The translations under genes and the position numbers were made by a program. Of a stretch of DNA of 64,000 nucleotides, positions 48,510-58,123 are shown piece by piece (the first letter of the stretch is position 1; every line of letters starts with the position of its first letter). The stretch is taken from assembly GCA_014860585.1 (NCBI GenBank), contig JACZJL010000068.1, forward strand, positions 29,042 to 93,041, read 5' to 3'. Source of the DNA: Bacteroidales bacterium. Lineage in GTDB: Bacteria; Bacteroidota; Bacteroidia; Bacteroidales; 4484-276. The notes beneath the pieces were generated by a model. It saw only the letters and a program-made list of their open reading frames with translations, was not told where the DNA came from and ran no database searches.

Positions 48510-49535
48510 ATGAAGAATACAAATCTGGATGCTTCCGGTACCCATCTGTCAGCCGGTGAAAAAGAAATCGAAAAAGTATTGCGTCCGGCTCATTTTGATG
48601 GTTTTGCAGGTCAACTGCAGGTAGTCGAAAACCTGAAGGTCTTTGTTCAGGCAGCCAGACAGCGGGGTGAAGCCCTTGATCATGTATTGCTGCATGGACC
48701 TCCGGGGCTTGGTAAAACAACCCTTTCGCACATCATTGCCAACGAACTGAATGTGGGGATAAAAATCTCCTCCGGCCCGGTTCTCGACAAACCCGGCGAC
48801 CTAGCCGGCCTGCTCACAAATCTTGAAAAAGACGACGTTCTTTTTATTGACGAAATCCATCGCCTGAGTCCTTTGGTGGAGGAATATTTATACTCTGCCA
48901 TGGAAGATTACAAGATCGACATCATGATCGAAACCGGGCCTAACGCCCGCAGCGTACAGATTACATTAAATCCATTCACACTTATTGGCGCTACCACACG
49001 GTCGGGATTGCTCACAGCCCCGCTTAGGTCAAGGTTTGGCATTAATCTCAGGCTTGCCTACTACGATGCTGAGACTCTTACCGGAATTGTTAAACGGTCT
49101 GCAGGAATTCTAAGGGTTGAAATTACCGAAGATGCGGCCGCTGAAATCGCCCGTCGCAGTCGCGGAACACCGCGTATCGCCAATCTTTTACTGCGCCGGG
49201 TTCGCGATTTTGCTCAGATTAAAAGCGATGGAACCATCAAAATGCCTATCGCACAGGTAGCGCTTGCTGCGCTGAATGTGGATAAACACGGACTGGATGA
49301 AATGGACAACAAAATCCTCTCGGTGATCATCGACAAATTTGGAGGAGGACCTGTTGGATTAACTACTATTGCAACTGCCGTAGGAGAAGACCCGGGCACT
49401 ATCGAAGAAGTATATGAGCCGTTCCTGATCATGGAAGGTTACCTGATGCGCACTCCCCGCGGACGTGAAGCCACTGAAATCGCTTACCGGCACCTCGGGA
49501 AAGTTAAAAATTCTGACCAGGGCAGGTTGTTTTAG
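48510..49535 (+). CDS. ruvB: Holliday junction branch-migration helicase RuvB
   Basis: It has Walker A ([20 protein letters not shown]), Walker B (LFIDEIHRL) and a sensor/arginine finger. The start is placed at ATG 48510 (MKNTNL...) because the upstream ATG at 48489 lies inside the TActTTTG -7 box (48484-48491). Confidence 0.85.
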   Translation: MKNTNLDASGTHLSAGEKEIEKVLRPAHFDGFAGQLQVVENLKVFVQAARQRGEALDHVLLHGPPGLGKTTLSHIIANELNVGIKISSGPVLDKPGDLAGLLTNLEKDDVLFIDEIHRLSPLVEEYLYSAMEDYKIDIMIETGPNARSVQITLNPFTLIGATTRSGLLTAPLRSRFGINLRLAYYDAETLTGIVKRSAGILRVEITEDAAAEIARRSRGTPRIANLLLRRVRDFAQIKSDGTIKMPIAQVALAALNVDKHGLDEMDNKILSVIIDKFGGGPVGLTTIATAVGEDPGTIEEVYEPFLIMEGYLMRTPRGREATEIAYRHLGKVKNSDQGRLF

Positions 49536-49580
49536 TTATAGCTCTTTGAGAATAGCAATTCAATGGACTTGCCTGCTAGC

Positions 49581-49616
49581 AAAAAAAACCCCGCCGGGCG
49601 GCGGGGCCAAAAAAAT
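49581..49616 (-). terminator. GC-rich hairpin terminator flanked by A8/A7 tracts (bidirectional-type); it terminates the minus-strand Cys-rich gene and probably ruvB
   Basis: aaaaaaaa-CCCCGCC-gggc-GGCGGGG-ccaaaaaaa. On the minus strand the stem is followed by a U8 run. Confidence 0.6.
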
Positions 49617-49645
49617 GAAATGAAAAAATTACCTCTCTCTCTAAC

Positions 49646-50002
49646 TTATTTTTTATCACTGTCTTTATCTACTGCTTTTTCTTTGCTGCAGCATGCGGCT
49701 TTTCCGGCGTCGGCTGAAGCTTTTGATTTATCGCAGCATGCGGCTTTTTCGCCAGTTGCTGATTTGCTTGCGCATGAGGTTTTATCACAACTTGCTGAAG
49801 AGGCGCATTTTGATGCTTTAGCATCTTTAGCTTTTTCCTCTTTTTTTGGCTCATCATCATTAATGCTTGCAAATGCAGTGGCATCGTCGGTAATGAAAGC
49901 TAATTCTGTTGTAGCGGCATTAACCTGTTGGATTTTGCTTACTGTTACAAACGCTGTCCCGAGGAAAAAAGCCAAACTCAATACTAAGACTATTCTCTTC
50001 AT
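49646..50002 (-). CDS. small secreted Cys/Lys-rich low-complexity protein with internal tandem repeats
   Basis: The start is placed at the internal Met (complement of 50000-50002), giving a signal peptide MKRIVLVLSLAFFLGTAFVTV. The mature part is about 20% Lys. Its 7 Cys include two CC pairs in a repeated KAACC(D/S)K motif. The DNA shows a roughly 45-bp tandem duplication (gcagcatgcggctttt...). The longer 141-aa ORF begins at 50071. Confidence 0.5.
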   Translation of the reverse strand: MKRIVLVLSLAFFLGTAFVTVSKIQQVNAATTELAFITDDATAFASINDDEPKKEEKAKDAKASKCASSASCDKTSCASKSATGEKAACCDKSKASADAGKAACCSKEKAVDKDSDKK

Positions 50003-50148
50003 AAATTTAAAGTGTTTAAGATTTTCAATTAAATGTTGACGCTGCAAAGATAGACTCGTGGAACCCTGCAATTGTTAACAAGCTGTTAAATACTGTTAAT
50101 GAAATGTTAAAAATGCAATTCTACCGGATATCTCCGTAATTTTGAACA

Positions 50149-51453
50149 ATGAAAGGAAAGAAGCTTATTACTGTTATCATCCTCACATCCATTGCATTAA
50201 TGGGTGTAATCGCTACTCAATCCTTCTGGGTAACAAATGCCATTAAATTAAGGTATGAGTTGCTCGATCAGAACATTGTTGTTGGTATGAAGCGGGTAAT
50301 CAACCAAATCATGCTATTACAAAGCACAACAAACACCAAACATGATTGCCCAAAATTGTCAGAAACGGTCTCGGATCACAAGCATTTTATTCAAACCCTT
50401 GATCCTGCTTTGGTGGATTCGATGATAGCTATTGAGTTCCGAAACACAAATCCGGGTCAGTCATTGTTCTATGGTATATACGAAATTGAAACCAAAGAAT
50501 TTGTGCTTTGCAATTGTAAAGACCTTGAATCTGATATTCTTGCATCGCCCTACCAATCTCCGATATCATGCATTTATCAGGACGATCAGTTTATGCTCTC
50601 GGTTTTGTTTCCTTCACAAAAACGGTTTATTCTTAACCAGATGCAGGGTAATATCATTTTATCGGCATTGTTTACCTTTGTCATCATCCTGGGCTTTTGG
50701 TTTGTAATTACTTCGTTGTTAAAGCAAAAGAAACTTTCGGAGATGAAAAATGATTTTGTCAACAACATGACGCACGAGTTAAAAACACCGATTGCTACTA
50801 TTTCGGTGGCCAGCGAGATGCTGATGAACGATAACATTCGGAATACTCCGGAAAAAATCCTCCAATATGCCCGGATCATTCATGATGAGAACAACAGGCT
50901 CAGAGACCAGGTGGATCATGTGCTGCAAGTAGCCAAACTTGAGCGAAGCGATTTTCATCTTAAGCTGAAAGAGGTAGACGCACACGAGATAATAACCCAG
51001 GTGATCAGCAAATTTGAACTGACCATAACAAATCTTGGCGGAAGTATTCAGGCACGATTAAATGCAGCCAACATGATAATTTTGGCAGACAGGAACCATT
51101 TTACCAATGCGTTGCAGAATCTGGTTGACAACGCAATTAAATACTCAGCCGAAAAACCTCAGATCCTAATTTCAACACGAAGCAATAACCAGGGAGTTAG
51201 TATTGTTGTAGAAGATAAAGGCATCGGTATAGAGCCTCAGAACCTGGAAAAAATATTCTTGCAATTTCACCGTATTTCTACAGGGGATGTGCATGACGTA
51301 AAAGGATTTGGCATCGGTTTGTATTATGTGAAAAAGATTGTTGAAGCGCATGGAGGCTCCATTCATGTCACCAGTAATCCAGGTAAAGGCAGTGCGTTTA
51401 CAATGTTTTTACCTTTTAAAGATGAGTTAACAAAAAATGAAAAAACAGATTGA
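50149..51453 (+). CDS. sensor histidine kinase (two TMs, periplasmic domain, HisKA, HATPase_c)
   Basis: 434 aa. The H-box is NMTHELKTPIATI. The N, G1 and G2 boxes are DNAIKYS, VEDKGIGI and GFGIGLYYVKKIVEAHGG. Confidence 0.8.
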   Translation: MKGKKLITVIILTSIALMGVIATQSFWVTNAIKLRYELLDQNIVVGMKRVINQIMLLQSTTNTKHDCPKLSETVSDHKHFIQTLDPALVDSMIAIEFRNTNPGQSLFYGIYEIETKEFVLCNCKDLESDILASPYQSPISCIYQDDQFMLSVLFPSQKRFILNQMQGNIILSALFTFVIILGFWFVITSLLKQKKLSEMKNDFVNNMTHELKTPIATISVASEMLMNDNIRNTPEKILQYARIIHDENNRLRDQVDHVLQVAKLERSDFHLKLKEVDAHEIITQVISKFELTITNLGGSIQARLNAANMIILADRNHFTNALQNLVDNAIKYSAEKPQILISTRSNNQGVSIVVEDKGIGIEPQNLEKIFLQFHRISTGDVHDVKGFGIGLYYVKKIVEAHGGSIHVTSNPGKGSAFTMFLPFKDELTKNEKTD

Positions 51454-52162
51454 AGATCAACATCCCATCTCCATCCTGATTGCGGAAGATGATATGAATC
51501 TGGGATTTGTATTAAAAGATTTCCTTTCGCTACAAGGATTCGACGCGGTGTTGTGCCGTGATGGAATCGAAGCCATTGAAACTTTTAGAAAAAAGTTTTT
51601 CAATCTTTGTGTGCTCGATGTAATGATGCCAAAATTGGATGGGTTTGCCGTTGCAAAGGAAATAAGGGACATCAACCCTGATGTTCCCATTATATTCTTA
51701 ACAGCCAAATCTTTACAGGAAGACCTGATCAAGGGATTCAAGATAGGTTGCGATGATTACATCACCAAGCCTTTCAGCACAGATGAGCTGAATCTCAGGA
51801 TAAAAGCAGTGATGAAGCGCTGCAGTAACCTGGCCGCTCCGAGCCTATTGGGGTACCAGGTAGTGATGATTGGATCGGTAGAATTTGACATGGGCAACCT
51901 GACACTAAAAGTAAAGGATGAAAAGAAGATATTAACCCGAAAAGAAGGGGAATTGCTCAAACTCCTTTATGACAATAAAAATAAAATAGTGAAAAGAGAA
52001 ATTGCCACTGGTGAAATTTGGAAAAATAGCACCTATTTTTCGGGGCGCAGCATGGATGTATTTATTACCAGGCTTCGAAAGTACCTCTCATCCGATCCCG
52101 CAATATCAATAATTAATGTACACGGAAGCGGTTTCAAACTCATCATCGAAGAGGAGGATTAA
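51437..52162 (+). CDS. response regulator, OmpR/PhoB family (REC plus winged-helix)
   Basis: 241 aa. The REC domain is ILIAEDDMNLG...CVLDVMMPKLDG...LTAK and the C-terminal winged helix is LTRKEGELLKLL...VFITRLRKYL. It overlaps the kinase gene by 17 nt. Confidence 0.85.
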   Translation: MKKQIEDQHPISILIAEDDMNLGFVLKDFLSLQGFDAVLCRDGIEAIETFRKKFFNLCVLDVMMPKLDGFAVAKEIRDINPDVPIIFLTAKSLQEDLIKGFKIGCDDYITKPFSTDELNLRIKAVMKRCSNLAAPSLLGYQVVMIGSVEFDMGNLTLKVKDEKKILTRKEGELLKLLYDNKNKIVKREIATGEIWKNSTYFSGRSMDVFITRLRKYLSSDPAISIINVHGSGFKLIIEEED

Positions 52163-52186
52163 AAACCAAAATAAACACCATGGCTT

Positions 52187-53371
52187 ATGACCATCTTTAA
52201 CCGGCTGGCCAAAGTTATTCAACCATCCCGAAATAATTTTCTAAGGAAAATCGGAACAAAACATCAATCAGGAATTCTTACCAGGTGGCTGTTGTTATTG
52301 TTTTTTTCTGAATTACCGGCTTCTCCCCTTTTTTCTGCCGGTCAGGATTCCACCACTTACCCATTTTCACTGGGGATCCGACCACAATACGGTTTTATCA
52401 TTATCCATTCGAAAGATATTGTGCCGGTGAAAAACTCTTATCCTTTTGGCCTGAGTCTTGAAATGAGCTGGCATTTGAACTCAAAGAAAGCATTCGAACA
52501 GTGTCTTTGCTTTCCCAGAATCGGGATTTCCAGTACTTTATGGGATTACGACAACACTGACATACTCGGGAGAGGTATCAACTCGATCTTTTTCATTGAG
52601 CCGTTTTATGGCATAAATAATAAGGTAAGCTTTTCGTTCAGGGCCGGCGCCGGCCTTGCTTACGCCAACAAACCGTATGACGAAATCACCAATCCCCAAA
52701 ACCTCTCTTACAGCACCCGCTTCAGTTTTGCACTGCTGGTTGCCGCAAACATGAATTTCCGGCTTTCAAAAAAGATGATGCTCAGTATTTCTGCCAACTA
52801 CAACCATATTTCAAACGGCGGAATGAAGCAACCGAATAAAGGGATTAACTACCCCACTGCCGGTATCGGGGTTGATTATTATCTCAGGAAACCCTCATTC
52901 GAAAAATTTCCCCGGACCGATTGGCGCCAACAATCCCGAAAAAGAGACAGGTTTTTAATTTCAGCTTTTGGAACCACCCGTGATGTAGAAATTGACGGTG
53001 AAGAAAAAACATACCCGGCAGGCGGGTTCAACCTGAGGTTCAGTCGCCAGGTTTCGAGAGTCAATGCCGTTGGAGGTGGCCTTGAGGTGATGGCCGATTG
53101 GAGTATAAAAGCGAAAGTTGAGGAAACCGGACAAAGTACTGACTATTTCTTGGCCGGACTTTTATTGGGAAATGACTTTCTCCTGGGTCAATTTCTTTTC
53201 GGACAGCAGTTTGGTGTTTATGTTTATCATCCACACGTCAACAACGCAGACTTTTTTCAACGCTATTTCCTCGACTATTTTTTCACGAAAAACATTTCAG
53301 GCGGAATTGGACTGAAAGCGCACGGACATGTGGCCGATTTTCTTGATTTCAGGATTGGATTTGTTTTTTGA
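52187..53371 (+). CDS. acyloxyacyl hydrolase / PagL-like lipid A deacylase family outer-membrane protein (tentative)
   Basis: 394 aa with a signal-like N-terminus and beta-strand-rich alternation. The segment SISANYNHISNGG is reminiscent of the PagL catalytic His/Ser region. This is a memory-based assignment. Confidence 0.4.
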   Translation: MTIFNRLAKVIQPSRNNFLRKIGTKHQSGILTRWLLLLFFSELPASPLFSAGQDSTTYPFSLGIRPQYGFIIIHSKDIVPVKNSYPFGLSLEMSWHLNSKKAFEQCLCFPRIGISSTLWDYDNTDILGRGINSIFFIEPFYGINNKVSFSFRAGAGLAYANKPYDEITNPQNLSYSTRFSFALLVAANMNFRLSKKMMLSISANYNHISNGGMKQPNKGINYPTAGIGVDYYLRKPSFEKFPRTDWRQQSRKRDRFLISAFGTTRDVEIDGEEKTYPAGGFNLRFSRQVSRVNAVGGGLEVMADWSIKAKVEETGQSTDYFLAGLLLGNDFLLGQFLFGQQFGVYVYHPHVNNADFFQRYFLDYFFTKNISGGIGLKAHGHVADFLDFRIGFVF

Positions 53372-53468
53372 GAAAGAGCCTGATGCACAAAATATTTATC
53401 CTCTTCCTGTTTCTTTATGCCATTGTTTCAGATTTAAAATTAATTTTGAAGCAAAAAATCAAAAGCGT

Positions 53469-54080
53469 ATGTTTATCATCGGTATAGCAGGGGGCTCAGG
53501 ATCGGGAAAAACCACTGTAGTTAAGAACATCATGCATGGACTTCCAAAAAACTCAGTGGCTGTCATTTCACAGGATTCCTATTACAAAGACAATGGGCAT
53601 TTGTCGGATGAAGATAAAAAGCGGATCAACTTTGACCACCCGGCATCAATTGAGTTTGAACTGCTCAACAAACATATCGATAAACTGATCCAGGGGGAAT
53701 CCATTCAGCGCCCCATCTATTCCTATGTTACCTGCGCCCGCTCAACCGAAACCGTGACCATACATCCTACCAAGGTGATCATTGTTGAAGGCATTCTGAT
53801 TCTGACCAACGCGCGCCTGCGGAACAAATTCAACGTGAAGATTTTTGTAGATGCCGACACGGACGACCGCCTGATGCGCATCATCCGGCGCGACCTGATC
53901 GAGCGCGGCCGTTCAATCCAGGATGTACTGCAGCATTACGAGGCTTTTGTTAAACCCATGCACCTTCAGTTTATTGAGCCTACCAAGCGTTACGCCGACA
54001 TCATTGTGCCTCAGGGTGGCGCCAACAGCGTGGCAATTGATATCCTCACTTCGAGGATCAAAATGAAACTTGGAGAATAA
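53469..54080 (+). CDS. udk: uridine kinase
   Basis: The start is the internal ATG 53469 (MFIIGIAGGSGSGKTTVVKNI...), giving the P-loop at the N-terminus as in Udk. DSYYKD and RRDLIERGRS motifs are present. The longer ORF from 53328 is unlikely. Confidence 0.8.
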   Translation: MFIIGIAGGSGSGKTTVVKNIMHGLPKNSVAVISQDSYYKDNGHLSDEDKKRINFDHPASIEFELLNKHIDKLIQGESIQRPIYSYVTCARSTETVTIHPTKVIIVEGILILTNARLRNKFNVKIFVDADTDDRLMRIIRRDLIERGRSIQDVLQHYEAFVKPMHLQFIEPTKRYADIIVPQGGANSVAIDILTSRIKMKLGE

Positions 54081-54101
54081 ATGTAATGAATAAAACCGGC
54101 T

Positions 54102-54602
54102 ATGATCATTAAAGGCTTTCACGATTTTGAAACCAGCGAGTTATATGCCATCTTCCGCCATATTTACATCACTTCCGAATTTATGAGTGATGATTTTGAC
54201 CGTAAATTCCACACTGTCCATCAATTCCACAACCATTACCACGAAATACTCCGGCAACCCGGCGCTTTCCTGCTGGTCGCCATGATGGATGAAAAACCTG
54301 CCGGATACCTTGTACTTGAGCCCAATCCGGCAACTAAATTAGCCCATACTGCTTGGCTCAATATGGGCATTGTTGATCATTTTCGCCGGCAGGGTATCGG
54401 TATCCGGCTGGTCGAAGGGGCCATCAAACGGATGGCAGATGAAAAAAAGATCGAGATCATCTACCTCATGGTGCGGAAGGACAATACCGCAGCCCTGCAA
54501 CTTTACAAAAAAACAGGCTTCGACATCGTTGCACAGCTTGAAAAAGACACCAAAATTGGATATGATTATTACGACGGGATAATGATGCGGAGGTTTGTGT
54601 GA
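54102..54602 (+). CDS. GNAT family N-acetyltransferase
   Basis: 166 aa with acetyl-CoA-binding motif A (FRRQGIGIRLVEGAIKRMADEKKI). Confidence 0.75.
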   Translation: MIIKGFHDFETSELYAIFRHIYITSEFMSDDFDRKFHTVHQFHNHYHEILRQPGAFLLVAMMDEKPAGYLVLEPNPATKLAHTAWLNMGIVDHFRRQGIGIRLVEGAIKRMADEKKIEIIYLMVRKDNTAALQLYKKTGFDIVAQLEKDTKIGYDYYDGIMMRRFV

Positions 54603-55015
54603 TTGTTATAACCGTACCCCCTATTCTGAATGAACTACACTATTATTCATAGCCATGCATCTCAAACCTATTGGCACTAGGCAATTAACAAATACCACAC
54701 CTGGAACATTTTACGATTTTCCAGTAATAATTAACAAAAAACCGGGAGATATACCATCTCTAACACTGGCAGGGTTGGAAGACACAGACAGGGTTTGATT
54801 TAAATAAACCTATCAAAATGTGCAAAGCACATAAAAGGGTATGTTGTGGTATCAGAGTTCTGATTTGACTTGACTTTTAGTGATTTCAAAAGCCTGTTAA
54901 TCAAAACGATTTAAGATTATTTAAATAAAAATAATCAGTGTACTTTTTCATTACAATGTATTATTGCACTTTTTTACTGATTAACCATAAACTGTTTTTT
55001 TAATATCAATTACTT

Positions 55016-57460
55016 ATGAAAATACATGTACTTTTATTGTTAATGCTCGTTTTAAGTTATTCGCTTGAAGCTCAAACTTCCTGGACAGGTTCCAAAGACA
55101 CCAACTGGCATGATTCTGATAATTGGACATCAGGTGTACCGACAGCCACTGTAAGTGCGGTAATTGTTGATCAGACCAATGATCCGGTAATAAGTGCACC
55201 TGCAGTAGCAAAGGATATTACTGTGCAGAGTTTTGCCCATTTAACTGTAGCTTCCACTGGATCTCTTACCATAAATTCATCGGAGAGCCTATCAACCCAT
55301 TTCCTCAACAATGGTACAGTTGAGAATAATGGTGCTATCGTTATTGATGCAACTGGAAGTAATTCAAGTTATGGACTTCACAACGTCGGAACTTTTTACA
55401 ACAGTCTGGCAGGAACTATTCATATTGATAATTCATCATGGAGTGCAATTTACAATCATTCTACAGGAATCTTTCACAATGCAGCAAGCATAACATTTGG
55501 AGCCAATGCAAGTGTGGGCAGTAATGGGTTATATAACAATGGCACCTTTAACAACAACCCGGGAGGCACATTAAACATTGATAATTCAACCACAAACGGA
55601 ATTTACAACGAGACGTATTCGAGTCCGGGTACGATTAACAATTATGCGGTAATTATTATCGGCGCAAGTGCAGGCGTGGGAAGTAACGGTATTCTTAATA
55701 TATTCGGTGCAACCTTCAATAATGTTGGTTGTGAGGCACGGATCAACATCATCTCGAACAGCAAGATCAACAATACTTTTTATACCTTTACAAATTCCGG
55801 TACCATCATCGAAAACTCTACAGATAACAGCAGCATCAGCAGCAATACCGGGTTGATACAAAATCTTAACGGAGGCACATTCACCGTTGGCAGCGGTAAT
55901 GCCGCTGTTACCACCGCCGGGCACATCTGGAAAGGATGCACCGACGCTGACTGGGGAACAACAACCAACTGGCACACCGGCACACTTCCTGCAGATGTAA
56001 ATGATGTCATTGTTCCCGACGTGAGCATTGACCCTGTAATTGCTTCAGGAGCTGTAATTACGGTCAGTAATCTGACAGTTGAATCCAATGCGGGCCTGAC
56101 CATATCGCCAAATGCCAGACTCACCGTTACCAATACACTGATGAACAAGGCCGGAACCAGCGGATTGGTCATCGGGAGCGATGCAACCGGCGCCGGATCA
56201 TTGATTCATCATTCTTCAGGTGTTCAGGCAACAGCCAAACGACATATTCCAGGCTGGAGCGACGCTTACCACGGGTGGCATTTTCTCAGTAGTCCGGTTG
56301 CAGATCAACTCATCGATGCTTTCCATTTAGCCGGGTCGGGCAACGATTTCTATAAATGGAATGAAACTGCCGGTGAATGGATCAACAGAACCGCATCAGG
56401 AGGCGGATTGAACGGCAGCTTTGAAACCAATTTTGCTTTAGGTACGGCTGCCTATCTTGTAGCCAATATGGCCACAAGTACACCTTCATTTGAAGGGAAC
56501 CTTAATGTAGCTGATGTTAGCATTTCAGGGCTTAGTTCCACTGTAACCAGTAATTATAAAGGTTGGCATCTGCTGGGAAATCCTTTCAGTTCGGCAATCA
56601 AATTTAACCAGGGGAGCTGGAATAAGACCAACATTGGGACATATGCTCAGGTGTGGGATGAAACCAATGCCAGCTACAAGGTTTTGGCAGGCAGCCAGAT
56701 CATCCCCGCACACAATGGTTTCATGGTTTATACAAGTGGGAGCGGTTCACTCACCATTCCAGCCGATGCCCGTCTGCACAGCGACTCCTCCTGGTACAAG
56801 AATTCAGAGAGTGATCATGAAATCTTACTAATCGCACGTGACATTGAAGGAAACACCGCCCAGGAAACCACCATCAGTTTTGATCCAAATGCTACTGAAG
56901 GCTTCGACATGCTGCATGACAGCTATTTCATCGCTGGCTTTGCCCCACTGTTTTACAGCACAAGTCAAAACCAACTTTTTGCCCGGAACACTCTGACACA
57001 GTTTACAGATGAACTCACTCTCCAGATGGGATTCGTGAAAAACCAAAACAACAGTTTTGTCATCGAACTCGCAGAAAGTATTGCTGACCAAACGCTCTAC
57101 CTGGTGGATTTGAAAACGAACAATGAACACAGGATTTCAGATTCACCATACTACTTCACCTCCTTGCCGGGCGATGATCCCAACCGCTTCCTCCTGAAGT
57201 TTGCCCCCGTTGGACTTGATGAGGTTTCAGCATCACCGGCATTCCAGGCCTGGATTTACAATAATTCCCTTTTTGTCAACTTTGATTCCGGCGTTACGCA
57301 GGTTGAGGTTTTTGATCTGATGGGGCGGAAACAATTACAAACACAAATCACAGGCACGGGACATCAAACTTTACCGCTCACCAGTTTCAAGGGGCTTTGC
57401 CTGATTCGTCTCAGTAACAATGGGAACACTCAAACCATCAAAGCAAACATTAATCTTTAA
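55016..57460 (+). CDS. large secreted beta-helix repeat protein with a T9SS C-terminal sorting domain (adhesin-like cargo)
   Basis: 814 aa with a signal peptide. Module openings are repeated (TSWTGSKDTNWHDSDNWTSGVP... and HIWKGCTDADWGTTTNWHTGTLP...) and Asn/Gly/Thr-rich beta-helix rungs (NNGTFNNNPGGTLNIDNS) are present. The C-terminal CTD is VEVFDLMGRKQLQTQ...IRLSNNGNTQTIKANINL. Confidence 0.65.
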   Translation: MKIHVLLLLMLVLSYSLEAQTSWTGSKDTNWHDSDNWTSGVPTATVSAVIVDQTNDPVISAPAVAKDITVQSFAHLTVASTGSLTINSSESLSTHFLNNGTVENNGAIVIDATGSNSSYGLHNVGTFYNSLAGTIHIDNSSWSAIYNHSTGIFHNAASITFGANASVGSNGLYNNGTFNNNPGGTLNIDNSTTNGIYNETYSSPGTINNYAVIIIGASAGVGSNGILNIFGATFNNVGCEARINIISNSKINNTFYTFTNSGTIIENSTDNSSISSNTGLIQNLNGGTFTVGSGNAAVTTAGHIWKGCTDADWGTTTNWHTGTLPADVNDVIVPDVSIDPVIASGAVITVSNLTVESNAGLTISPNARLTVTNTLMNKAGTSGLVIGSDATGAGSLIHHSSGVQATAKRHIPGWSDAYHGWHFLSSPVADQLIDAFHLAGSGNDFYKWNETAGEWINRTASGGGLNGSFETNFALGTAAYLVANMATSTPSFEGNLNVADVSISGLSSTVTSNYKGWHLLGNPFSSAIKFNQGSWNKTNIGTYAQVWDETNASYKVLAGSQIIPAHNGFMVYTSGSGSLTIPADARLHSDSSWYKNSESDHEILLIARDIEGNTAQETTISFDPNATEGFDMLHDSYFIAGFAPLFYSTSQNQLFARNTLTQFTDELTLQMGFVKNQNNSFVIELAESIADQTLYLVDLKTNNEHRISDSPYYFTSLPGDDPNRFLLKFAPVGLDEVSASPAFQAWIYNNSLFVNFDSGVTQVEVFDLMGRKQLQTQITGTGHQTLPLTSFKGLCLIRLSNNGNTQTIKANINL

Positions 57461-57473
57461 TATCCAGGTATAA

Positions 57474-57716
57474 ATGAAAAAGACACACATGTTTTTCAAA
57501 GCCATATATTTAGCAATATTTTTCTTTTTAGCCACTTCGCTTCCGGCACAAAACCCGCCTCCTCCTCCCCCCGGTGGAGGTCACGGACTACAGGGCAATC
57601 AGCCTCCCGGTGGTGGCGCACCAATCGGTAGTGGAATTTTTCTGCTTTTAGGCCTCGGACTTGCCTATGGAACCAAAAAAGCTTATCAATCAAACCAAAA
57701 CGGTGATTTAGGCTAA
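57474..57716 (+). CDS. 80-aa secreted Pro/Gly-rich protein with a C-terminal TM anchor (GG-TM-KK sorting-signal-like tail)
   Basis: A signal peptide (MKKTHMFFKAIYLAIFFFLATSLPAQ) is followed by NPPPPPPGGGHGLQGNQPPGGGAPIGSG, then the TM IFLLLGLGLAYG, then TKKAYQSNQNGDLG. It starts 13 nt after the T9SS gene stop and a terminator follows. Confidence 0.45.
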   Translation: MKKTHMFFKAIYLAIFFFLATSLPAQNPPPPPPGGGHGLQGNQPPGGGAPIGSGIFLLLGLGLAYGTKKAYQSNQNGDLG

Positions 57717-57765
57717 ATCCGGACAATTTGGTGGTTAACCAGAATTGATCAGTATCTGGGATTGA

Positions 57766-57808
57766 AAAGATAGATTCGGCTCAAACACCAGCCTGAGCCG
57801 AAAATGTA
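57766..57808 (+). terminator. rho-independent terminator after the small Pro/Gly-rich gene
   Basis: TTCGGCTCA-aacaccagcc-TGAGCCGAA, then aatgtatgTTTTTT. Confidence 0.5.
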
Positions 57809-58123
57809 TGTTTTTTATACCTCTTTCTTTACTCGCCAACCGGTCGTGAAAAATGACCAATCCAGGCCACGTTTCCATCGTCCTGCACGACAACCAGAGA
57901 TGGCAAATGGCTGAATCGTTGAAAATCTGTTTTAGGGAGTTTTCTGGTGAAGACTTAATACTGAATTCCATTTTATGAAAGGGAGGAGCCAGTGATTGGG
58001 GGCAAAAAAGTAAAAACCCAAGATGTTAATAATTCATAAGTGACACCCAATTCATTGCTTTCCTTTCTCACTTTGATTTAATTTTACAACGATAATCATT
58101 TTCTCAAATAAACCGGAGGAGCT

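Noticed and set aside
33822-57934. Shared 14-mer AATCGTTGAAAATC at 33902 and 57918, and a TTGAAAATC core also at 14439. I considered a dispersed repeat family.
   Set aside because: About 15 chance 14-mer matches are expected in 64 kb on both strands, and more at this AT-rich composition. The flanks do not extend the similarity, so I treat it as coincidence.
57735-57971. 78-aa minus-strand ORF in the intergenic region after the small Pro/Gly-rich gene
   Set aside because: It overlaps the plus-strand terminator hairpin and has no start context or motif. It is most likely spurious.
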